Both the position numbers and the translations under genes were made by a program. A DNA stretch of 63,268 nucleotides, counting the filler, from Intoshia linei (taxonomy: Eukaryota > Animalia > Orthonectida): assembly GCA_001642005.1 (NCBI GenBank). It is 10 parts of 10 records of this genome, joined end to end, with 100 filler letters (N's around TTAATTAATTAA, not from the genome) between each part and the next. Parts side by side here need not be neighbours in the genome. Positions count along the whole stretch, not along the records: positions 7,919 to 20,549 come from LWCA01001064.1; positions 20,650 to 30,027 come from LWCA01001369.1; 8 more parts are not named here. One strand, 5' to 3'. This document shows, piece by piece, positions 12,401 to 23,508 of the stretch. Each line of letters begins with the position of its first letter. Within the stretch, counting starts at the first letter, position 1. The notes below the pieces were generated by a model. That model saw only the letters and a program-made list of their open reading frames with translations. It was not told the origin of the DNA and made no database searches.

Positions 12401-13762
12401 TTTTTTTGGAAAAAGATTAATCTTATAGTATAAAGCAGGGTGGTTCAAGCACATGGCGAGTGACGGCCAAAAAATAAATTTTAGAAATTTCGATGGCCGC
12501 AACATCAAAAAATATAGTCCAAAGGTAAGTATAAGATCAAAAAGTCAAAATTTTAGAGTTTAATCAGAAAATTACTATGAGTATTACGATATGAATATTA
12601 CAAAATTATATATTATTAATTATTATTATTTATTATTATTAATAAATATTATTAATTAAAAGTATAATTAGTATTATATAAAGTTATCATAATACAAAAG
12701 TAAAAGGTCAAAAAAGTTATCGTAAAGTACAAAAAGTGAGAAGTTGAGAATAATTAGTACAAAGACAGAATTATTTCTAAAAAATTTAAATTAATGCTAG
12801 GTAATGTGGTAATTATGAAATTTCTGTAAATCAATGTTTTTCAAAATATATTACTCAATAATTTCGCGGGTCATGCTTTGGACCACCCTGGTAGAAAGGA
12901 TTAGTAGTATAATCTAGATATAATATGTATTATATAGGGTACAATTCACTGTTGTTAGTGAACCAGAAACTGATGGAGAATGTATTGATGTTGCGTATGG
13001 TCATGTCAATCTTTCGGATGTGCTTCAATCAGATAAAGAAATTATTGAACAGCCATTGAAATGTATGTTTCAAATAATTCGTTTATTGACTTAATATATT
13101 AACTTTGATATATTTACCTTCAATTCAAGTGTTATTTTGACAAATTTTTACAACTAAACATAAATTTGATAAATTTACTTAATATGTCGGACATCGATTT
13201 GGGTCACCACATTTAGGAGAGAGTTACAAAGACAGAGGTCTTAATAAATCACTTATTTTTCATTAAATACTTAAAATATTGCAATATATTATGATATTAT
13301 ATTTATTGGTATTACATTCCATCCACATTTAGGGTGGTATTTTGAGCTAAATAACCCAAAAATAAAAATTTTAATAAAACAAATTTTGACAAATACTATA
13401 ATAATCTGAGATTTAGTATGACTCATAATTTATGATATTGTTCTTAATTCAAATCATATGTATTGTATCGAATAAATTGTCTACATAATTGATTTTTTTA
13501 CAAATTAAATTTAATTAAATTAAAATTTATTTTCTAAACATATTCTTGCTTGCAATTTTTTTTAATACTACACCAATCAAATTTACAATTACAAAAAATA
13601 TTACTACACACTAAAAATAACCCCTGCTTCAATCTTTACTTTTAAAAAAATTTTTTAGTGTATGAAATTATGGACGGAGAATCAACAAATAAAGTTACAG
13701 CTACACTATATATTACAGTAAAATGTCTTAAACTGTTAAGCTGGATAAAAGAGTTAAAATAA
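9435..13762 (+). CDS. RPGRIP1L: RPGRIP1/RPGRIP1L (MKS5/fantom)-like ciliary transition-zone protein, 3' part
   Basis: Spliced exons give a long Ser/Lys-rich linker (10593-11455), then an RPGR-interacting C2 domain: NIHIVIHRL...NVFVCYDLLDV..EETET...IYNFDK, VQFTVVSEP..GECIDVAYGHVNL..VLQSDKEIIEQPL, ATLYITVKCLKLL; stop at 13760-13762; 5' exons not identified. Confidence 0.8.
9659..10343. mobile_element. pogo/Tigger-like non-autonomous element in an intron
   Basis: TA flanks; TIR CAGTAAGCACAGATTAAGTG / CGCTTAATCTTTTGCTGCTG. Confidence 0.55.
12436..12890. mobile_element. hAT MITE in an intron
   Basis: TIR CAGGGTGGTTCAAGCA / TGCTTTGGACCACCCTG; TSD GTATAAAG / GTAGAAAG. Confidence 0.85.
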
Positions 13763-14451
13763 ATATTTCATGTTTTTAAAACACGTGTAAATTTGAATGT
13801 ATTCGTTTCATGCGTAAGATATTTTGCATAAGTAAAATTTTTATTAGATCAGTTTTTATTTTTTAATTTACAATTGTAAGACTTCATGTCATACATGTAC
13901 TTGTGTTAATTAGTACTAAAATTTTATAATTTTATATACCAAATTCATTAATATCGCTTTAATACAATAATCAGGTATTTTTAATTTATTAATAGTATTA
14001 ACTAAAGGGGATGTATACTATATATAACTAAGTTTCATTTTCCGAAATTGACTCTTTCAAGGTCAAAAACCCAATTTAAACTTTTTTTAAAAATAAAATC
14101 AGCTCTAACATTTAAAAAAACATCAATTCTGAGACCCCTTTAAGATCATTTAAAAAAAAATTATTTTTCAATATCCAACTTTTTTGTTTTAATTTGAATT
14201 TTGAACAGTAAATTCCAAATCCGCTGAGAGATTCGTTCAGGCCTATTTTCTATTATCTCGAAAATATTATGTACGGATGTTATAATGGTTACACATTTAA
14301 AAATATAAAATTTTGATAGACAAATAAATATTAAATGTATGTTCACCGTCGACGTAATAAATAGTTTTCATTGAGTAGATTATATTTCTTTATTTTTAGT
14401 GTTAGTTTAGTGTAAATATATAATGTAAATATAAAATAATTAGTTTAATTA

Positions 14452-17400
14452 ATGGATAACAATAGCGATGTTGTTATTTTAACTGTAATATTCATTATTT
14501 ATTTATTATTTTTTATTATCTAAACATTACATTAACATTAGTGGAATTTTCCACCGGGAAATAACCACCTCCATAAAAACGACCATTTTAGAGGGTTTAC
14601 TGTAATAATTTATAATATTGTCCGGCAGTGTACTATGGTTATTTAGAATATTAAAAATGGAAATTAATCGAAAAGAAAATTTTAACAAAAAATTGGATAA
14701 ATATTTTGGTGGATTAAAAAAAAGAGTAATTATAAATGTTTTTAAAAAATTACATCTTTAAATTATTAGATTACATACAGAGATAGTATAAATATATGCA
14801 ACATTCCTATAATGAAATTGATTGATAAAATACAAAACCAAGAGTTATCTAAAATCCAAGTCTTGGAAGCATTTCAGTATATGGTACATGTGATTAAAAA
14901 TTAAATTATGATTTAATAAATTAATAAGATAAATTAGTCAATATTAAAAAAAGTTTTTTCAATTAATAATTAAATTTAGGCAATTTTAGCCCATAAGGAA
15001 ACAAATTGTCTAGTTGATTTTGATTTTCATGCAAAGGTTCAAATTGATTATTTATCTTGATGAAACTATGAATAAAAATTTAAATCATTAAAAATAGAAT
15101 AATACATCCGAAAAAATTGACTCAACAAAATTATTGGATGGCGTACCAATTAGTACCAAAGATAACATTGTTGTAGCGGTAAATTAATCACAAAATAAAC
15201 CTTTGATAAATAAATTACACTACATTCATGATAAATGTAGTATCTTTTTTAATTTTTTGGCTTAAATCGATTTGACACGGCATTTACATGGTTAAATTTA
15301 ATTTTAGAATTTTGAATGTACCATGGGGTGTCCACAATTTATTGGAAAATTTAAAACGAAAAATGGAAGCATTGCTCAGGTAATGGATTTATAAAAGATA
15401 TAAATATGTCACGCGGGTCGCAAAATTTCATATCAATTGGTCCATTTCTCAATGGTTACATTCACACTGTTTAAATGGTTTGCCACAGTATACACAACAT
15501 TCTAAAAAGTTATAAATAAAATGAAATCAAGTTAGAAAAAAATGATATTCCTTTGACTCAAGTGTTATAGCTAACATTTATTATAATTATTATTGTATAA
15601 CGTTATATACTGTTGTATAATAATTAGGGTAATTTATTTATGACCAAAAATTCAAAAAAAATATGACATTTCCCAAAAATAATATGAATTTTTATGAAAA
15701 ATTCATTTATTATAGTACAGCGGATCCCAAATGAAGATATTAGAACCCCTAAGGACTCCAGCGAATATTTTAGAGTGCCAGTTCGTTTGATACTACGACT
15801 CATAAATTATATATATTTTTTTAAATCCCAAAAACAATTGAAAATAAAAATTAATTTGTAATTATACTTAGTTCCTTATGTATTTACGTCTATTTGATAG
15901 TCTCTGTATTTTTAAGATTGTATATTAAATAAATTTACGCCCTTATTTCGTCAGTTCAATCATTAACGATTTTTTAGATATCCATTTTGGGTCATGTAGA
16001 GTTTTAAAAAATTTTTTTAGCTTAGGGGTACTAACTGTGACGTATGTTGGGAAACGCTGTTATAGTACAATAGAATATATTTATAAATATTTGTTTTTAA
16101 AAAATTTCTTTCGTCGGATAATATATTTTTCAACAACGAAAACGGATATTTTAACACTTGATGATGAGGTTTGACTGTTGAATAGCTGCGCATAAGTTTT
16201 AGGTGATTTGATTTCACACAGTATAATTGAAAATTGTTAATGTATATTATCGTTTTAGGTATATTCGTTAGGAGAATAAACATTTTTTTAAATTATGACT
16301 TTAATAATATTATTAATAACAATTATTTCAGAAATGTGTCATTTATGACTTTTTAAAAATCGATATACCCCATTAACCCTTTTCGGAATGCATTACACAT
16401 ATACATGTAAATTTATTTTCACGAAATTTATCCATTCCACATATACATGTAAATGTAATATCATGAAATTTATCCATTCCATCGTTTTATAAAGGGTTTT
16501 TTACTTTAATTTTTTATCCATTCCACATATACATGTAAATTTAATTTAATTAAAATTCTTTACACACATGTTAAAAAATAAATTTAACGTGGAATAATTA
16601 ACCAATTAAAAAGTAATGTGATATAACAGGTTCATGTGTAACAAGTTTGTAACCACTGCTTTAAATGATTGATAATAGTGAATAGTAGCATTTTTAGGTT
16701 AAATTTTCTTATTGCATTTATTTTTCTGGTAGAATAAAATGTCCGCCCTCGGCAGAGTTAGGATGCTGTTTGTACGAAGTACATAACAGTCAAGCTATTT
16801 TATATTATAATTTTAAAATGAAAATAAATTAAATTAAATTAAAAATTACCATAATATATATTTCAGACATTAATATACCAGGGAGCTATATTATTTTGTC
16901 GAACAAACATGTCACAAATTGGTTATAGGTAAATTTAAAGTATTGAACTTTTAAATTCAAACATATCCAGTTATCATACGGATAATTACGTATTTGGAAA
17001 AACGTTTTGTTCATTTCGAAATTCAAAAAATGAAAAATTGTCTAGCGGTGGATCTTCAGGTAAAATTTATTGTTAATGAAAATATGAAAAAAATATAAGT
17101 TTTCTACATAAGGTGGAGAGGGAGCATTAATTTCATTTGGAGGATCTCAAATTGGTAATATATTAGAGCTTTTCGATTATATTTGTATTAATAAATATTA
17201 TATAACTCCTCTTTTTTTTAATGTTACTAATATTTTTTGAGAATTGGCATGTTTCAAGCATCACGTTTTGTTCTCAATAAAAAATGTCATCTTTCGCGCA
17301 GTCTACTTTTGCATTAATTAAAAAATGTGATTAAGGAATCATGTTAAAGTCTCCATTATTATATCATTATAAGTCATCATGCATTTAAAAATGGATTTAA

Positions 17401-19374
17401 AGTTTAAATTTTTTACTGGTATTTTCCGTTTTTTTTTTCTTGAAAAAATATCTTGAAAATCCTTGTAATTTTGTGTTATATGCATTATATAATATATGTA
17501 TTATATAATATTAAAATGCAATAAATGTGTTCCGTAATATAGATTTTTTAAACAATATAATAAGATAATTATCGATATTGTATACACTTAACAATGGTTT
17601 AGGTATTGGAACCGATGTATGCGGATCTGTTCGAATTCCAGCTGCTTTGTGTGGTATATGTGGATTAAAACCAACATGTGGTAGAATAGGGTAATACCTT
17701 ATCTAATGTTATTTATATAATATTTGGATTTTTGACTTGTGTAAAATAATAATGATAATAAATCAATGGTAATCTAATGTGACCAGATTATTAAAGTATT
17801 ATTAAGTAAACATGTGTATATGAATTAAAATCATTATATTGAGAATATGTAGATTTAAAGGTCCGGAAACTTCTAAATCAAGATATGATGTTGGTATTCA
17901 TTTTTTAACTCTTTTTATTGTAAATTTGCATTACATTGATGTTATATATTACATGAGGGTTCGCCAAAGTGTGACACGAGATTTACTTTGAAACATTTTT
18001 TACAAATAAATTTTTTTATTGACCCACAAATTTCTGTTTATTCCGATCAAAAACTGTTTGGCGACCACACCATTAGAATATAACTAGAAAACATTATACC
18101 AGACATTCTCACCATTTTTCAGATTGAGCGCCCCATCGAATTTTTTTATTTATCGCGTAGTTTACCTTCATTGAAATGAAAAAAAGTTATAAAATATAAA
18201 TTTTTAATGGGCCAACTTCTACAGAGATAACATTGAGAATGTCTGAAATATACATTGTATAATGTAAATGTATTTTTACTGATATTAATAAACTTTACTA
18301 ATGTTTTAATAATAAAGTCAAATGTACTGCTGGACCACTTTCTAAAGATGTTGATGGACTAGTTGTTGTAATGAAAGCATTGCTAACGGAAACGTTATAT
18401 AAACTAGATTTTTATACTCCTCCTCTTCTATTCAGGAATAACGTATTTTTAAATTTATTTTTCATTCTCATTTAACTGTTCTAGCATTAAATTCAATGAT
18501 ACACTAACCTGAATTGGACCTTTTTTAGGGAACCAAAATTTTAATGTTTTTATAAATATTGACTACTATACATAATGTATATTATACAATGTATAATATA
18601 TACGTAAATGATTACATATAATTATAATCATAATCTGCTTTGAAATAAATTGATGGTAGAAATTAATAAAAATTGGACCTAATATTCTATTTGAAATCGA
18701 AATGATATGAAAGCATTTAATGAAGTTTATATGAACAATTTTGGTTCACTTGTATTACATTTTAATAGAAGAAAACTAAAAGTATCTGTAAAATTTCACA
18801 AATTAGAGGTTAATATTTTATTTAGATTTACATTTCTAACGATAAAATAAAAATAGGATACTTTATAAAAACTGAGGGATTTCATGTTTTACCATGTATG
18901 GAAAGAGCAGTTAATATTGCAGTTGATTATTTAAAAAAATTTGGACATGAAGTAAATTTGAGTATTTACTTTTATTATATTATTCCTATGCAGGGTCGTG
19001 GTGATTTATTAGTATACCAGGGCTAGGTAAATATTGTAGGCCTTGTGTACAATTGAAACAATTTTTTTTGTTTCTCTATCCATGGTTTAACTTTTGTATT
19101 ATATTAAACAATTTATAACTTTAATAAAGCTGGAGTAAAATAATTTCGACCCATCTATCCACCACATGAAAATTTTTTCTAATATCACGCATTAATTTAG
19201 AATGGTAGGCCGGTCATATTGCCCTAGCTCCACTATCCACGGCGCATTTTAAATTATATTTAAAATGCCAATTTAGTTAATAGAATGGATTCCAATTTAC
19301 TTAAAGGATATTGTATTAGATGTTGTTCAAAAGGGAATGTTTTTTGGAAAAGTTGAAAGTTTTAATAAATTAAT
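14452..19374 (+). CDS. FAAH: Fatty-acid amide hydrolase-like amidase-signature enzyme (3' end not visible, probably in the gap)
   Basis: About 13 exons: N-terminal hydrophobic helix, [83 protein letters not shown]. Confidence 0.9.
15718..16059. mobile_element. hAT MITE in a FAAH intron
   Basis: TIR CAGCGGATCCCAA / TTGGGAAACGCTG; perfect TSD TTATAGTA. Confidence 0.85.
16378..16540. repeat. Short tandem repeats (CATTCCACATATACATGTAAAT) after a TTAA-CCC start; probable piggyBac-like MITE remnant
   Basis: Three copies of catatacatgtaaat; TTAACCCTTT at 16374. Confidence 0.45.
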
Positions 19375-19739
19375 GTAATATATTATTAATACCCAAAAAA
19401 ACACCCTGTGCGACCCTTTTTCAAATTTTAATATTACGTACTGGTTATTATGTAGATTCCTTGATGAACAGTAACACCAAGACTAAAGCGTTTAATATGT
19501 GCCTAGTACTTTATTATTGATTTTATCCGTAATATGGATGTAACACTTGGTAATTTAGATAAGGTATAAAGTTGATCCAAACGAGGTAATTTTGGGGAGG
19601 TCGTGTTTTCATAGAGGTAAAAATATCACTTTTAGAGTGTTCAGTGTACATAAACCCCGAAATTAAGACATATAAATTTATATACTATTGCTTATTTATC
19701 AAAACTGATGATCGATATTCTACAGTTCTACACATGTTG

Positions 19740-20150
19740 CATTATCCAATGTTTAACCACCCGTAATTGGGATTTCTAATGTTAACATACAAGGTGGGCC
19801 GTAAGTCGCGCACCAACGAATTAGGTGAAGTTTTCCTCTTATTATCAGCTTATTCAGAATCCGAGTTTTTGTAGACCATGATGTTTTGTTCAGCGACGAA
19901 GCTAATTTCTTTGTAAACGGCGAAGTGAATAAACAAAACTTTCGTTTTATTCGCGCGAAAACCCGCATTAGATGGATTCTACTAAATAGAAATCATGTCC
20001 AAAAGTGCTAGTGTGGTGTCGACTTTGGAGAAGTCATGTTTTGGGCTCATTCTTTTTCAATAAGAAGGTCACCGGCGAGCTGTACTTGAAAATGCTACAA
20101 AATGATCTCATGCCACAGATCGAGCGCATCGGTGAAGGAAAACCATATAC
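19740..20150 (+). mobile_element. IS630-Tc1-mariner transposase remnant (rosa/DD41D-like)
   Basis: VLFSDEANFFVNGEVNKQNFR...NP, PKVLVWC.LW..HVLGSFFF..KVTGELYLKML, with frameshifts. Confidence 0.75.
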
Positions 20151-20649
20151 ATCCGTAATTTTCTTTAATTACGAGGCATGCATGATACGATGACCTGTAT
20201 CCTATCCATTTTTTTTTATAAATTAACGATTAACATAGAACCAGCATCCTTATTTTCGTCCATGAGGATGAAATGTAGGTTTTTATAAATAAAAATCATT
20301 GTTAATATCAAAGGTATTGTCAGTAAACTATAATTTCTTGCAAATTAAAAAATTTTTAATAGCTGCTCCTTCATTTGTTTTTTAAATTTCTAGGGCTCTT
20401 TTCATTTAAAAAAAGGCTAATTTAGGGTTTTGACCCTTAAGCTCTCATTTCTGAGAATAAAATTTGCGATAAATCACTGTCGAAAAACTGTATTAGAAAT
20501 TCTGTTTTTTTTGAATTCTATGACGATTAATTTTTAATTATTATTATTANNNNNNNNNNNNNNNNNNNNNNNNNNNNNNNNNNNNNNNNNNNNTTAATTA
20601 ATTAANNNNNNNNNNNNNNNNNNNNNNNNNNNNNNNNNNNNNNNNNNNN

Positions 20650-22011
20650 AGTTTCTGAAGCCTACAAGGAAAATAGTAAAACGTTTTATGGTCCACATGA
20701 AGTCCCACAAATCGAGGCTGATGTAATTGATTCTTGGCATGCCAGATCAACAATTTTATCAAAAGTCAAAAACCTGCGCGACGATTATAAAGAATGTTGT
20801 GACCTCTTATTAACTGTGATATTTGGTGGTCGAATAACCCTTAGAAAACCCGGAGCGGTATCGAAAGATCGATGGATTTCAAGTATTTTGTACTCTACGA
20901 AATCATATTTACTTGGAATCAACCGCTCAAGTCTGATGAAATCTTGTTAATTTGGATTTTCTATGGCTACTTGCCATTTTGATTAAAGGCTGCTAACACA
21001 CAAAATGCGAAGTCCAACGACATCTGCATGCTCGATTCCTGGAGAAATCTAATTAGTTCATTTGCTATATTTCGAAGAAAATCTTCACTGTTAATAATTA
21101 ATTAAACTTTTAATTTTATTAAATAAATTCATTTAATTTTTAATAATAAATTCATTTTTACTATGTAACACTTTATGCAAGCGCTTACACTGAGGTATGT
21201 TTTCATCATTAAACTATAAATTTATTTAATTAGTCTAACTATACGTGAATGATGGTTGTTATTTAGTTAATTAAGCATCGAGCGCTCTGGACTGATCAAT
21301 CTTCGCACATTCGAACAGGTCATCAAGTTTATCTATAAATAAACGCCCTTTCTCTGTGTGTGGTGTGACGCTAAAAACTTTCTTGAACAATTCCTTGATC
21401 TTCGAGTCAATCTGTATTATTATTATATTCAGACCAGTCTTTTTGTACATTTCAAATACTTCTTTATTAGCTCTTCGAAATTGGAGAGTAGATTTTTCGT
21501 GTTTCAATGAAAGTACCCATTTAATAATCTGACAATTTGTATGTAACTTATTAGAGTTAAAGGTAAAACTGAGAATGTGTAAAAATGACCGACGATATTA
21601 TTCCCGCTTTCTTGCTTCAATGGAAATACATTATAATCGCCCAGTAAATTTGTTGGTGACTTATTGTAATTTAGTTTAAAACACATAAAATGACCGACAA
21701 TACTATTTATGCATCTTTTCGTCATGCTTCGACGTGTAAAACCGGTGGTAACCATGTAAAATAGTTTGAACTGATGTTTATTCGTTCCTAATTTTGTTCA
21801 GAATTTTGTAAAACTTTGATTAAAGCCTGCGGATCAAGCAGGTCATTTTAATTAATTTTAAAAACAACATAGTGAATATATTGCTTAAGAGCAACGAACG
21901 AAAGTGGGTAAATATGTACAAATCTAAATTTTTCTTTCGATAAATCTTTAAAATCAAAAGACATCCACGTGCATAATGGGTTTTTCTAATAAAAAGAAAA
22001 AGGACACCCTA
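20650..22011. mobile_element. Rearranged hATm-type element in an eIF3f intron
   Basis: Plus-strand RDDYKECCDL...RKPGAVSKDRWISSILY (20651-21050); minus-strand N-terminal piece ..IDSKIKELF..LDDLFECAK (21271-21507); GGACACCCTA terminus ending at 22011. Confidence 0.7.
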
Positions 22012-22037
22012 ATTTACGTATTAAAATTAAAAATTAC

Positions 22038-23391
22038 TTTGGTGTCTAATGTGATGAGGTTTATGATATCCTTGACTTCTAATATCGGTAGTGAATTTGT
22101 TAAATCCAATAGCAATGGTGATATGACTGGATTTGTAAATTCATCATCCTGCAAGACTTGTTCGATGTAATGGTTTAATCGCATCAAAGACTGGTGCATA
22201 TATTTACATACTTTTTCCATTTTTCTGCCATTTTCTGAGGTTAAAGAATATTTAAAACGTTTATTTTTGTTGTATTCAATCAAATGGTTCACTATAACAA
22301 AAATACATTTTAAACAATTTTTTGGATAACAGAACCGATAATACCACTGCTGGCAATTGATAAATTTTAAGAAAAATCAAAATTTATCTTTAAAAAAAAC
22401 CGTTTAGAGTTAAATTATTTCAAAATAAAAATAAGAAAAAAAAATTATAAGGTAAACTAATATTAGTTTAGATTTTTGATTTATTGCCACCTCTAGTTAA
22501 TACCCCTTAAAAAATTTAAAAATTACACAGTAATTTCTCTTGAGGCGATGACATAATATTAACATTAAGTTGATTAAAAACAGTAGAGCAAATCTTTTCG
22601 GTTAAATTAATGTTTGAACTAAAAGAAAATAAAAATTATGTTATCAATTGATTGTCAAATGTTTCACTAAAATAAACCAAATTCACAGTTAAATTTTACG
22701 CAAACTTGTGAAAACATTGAAACAGTACCCACAAATACATTGATTTGATTGAGTCAGAAATAAACTATAAGAAACTAAAAATTACCCGACATACGCCAAA
22801 ATATTAATATGAGGATCTACCAACTTTGTGTCTAAAAAAATGTTAACCCAATACATTTACAAAAATACCGACAACGAGCATCAGAGTTTTTCGGTTAATT
22901 TTCGAAAAATATTGATGGATATGAATATCATAAGAAGTATTAAATGGAAGACTGGAAAACCAACCCAGTACATTAAAATTGGAATTACTCTTTTCCAATT
23001 TTTTGGTTATAATACTAGTAGATTCAATATTCATTGTACGCTAAAATTGAATTAAATTAAAATAAAAGTATATTTTACCCCACCTTCTTCCAATGGAATT
23101 ACAAATATATCAGTAATTTCTACGCTATTTGACGATTCATTACCTAAACGTAATTAACATATACAAATTATTAAAATACTCTCAAAATGTAATCAATCTA
23201 ATTATATAAAATTTAGTAATAACTTAGAAAAACTTAAAAACTAAAAGGTTGATTAACAATTTCATCAACCTTAATAATTTAGACAAACCTATTATAGCTC
23301 CAATCACTCTATCTGCATTCTCAACTCTTCTTTCATGCGCATCCAAGATGCTCAAAATAACTGTAGGATGAATATTGCAATCAAAATACAT
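22038..23391 (-). CDS. EIF3F: Eukaryotic translation initiation factor 3 subunit F (MPN domain); last exon not visible
   Basis: MYFDCNIHPTVILSILDAHERRVENADRVIGAIIG, VEITDIF, VLGWFSS, IHQYFS, C-terminal YIEQVL...LLLDLTNSLP. Confidence 0.8.
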
Positions 23392-23508
23392 TCAATTAAC
23401 GTGTATATAATTACTAAACTTTTGTTGATATTGGTTGTCAATTGATAAAAGTTAAAATGCTACCATGACTGTAGTTTATTTATTGTATAAAATATAAATT
23501 GTTGAAAT
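23392..23508. promoter_or_regulatory. Putative bidirectional promoter between EIF3F and IK
   Basis: Divergent ATGs at 23391(-) and 23509(+), separated by 117 bp. Confidence 0.6.

Noticed and set aside
14006-14139. Kolobok-like MITE (AGGGG...CCCCT with TTAA-like flanks)
   Set aside because: The TIR is too short and the left TTAA is imperfect
22620-22770. Alternative exon or snoRNA in an eIF3f intron
   Set aside because: All frames from the candidate acceptor hit stops; the hairpins are weak and there is no clear H box
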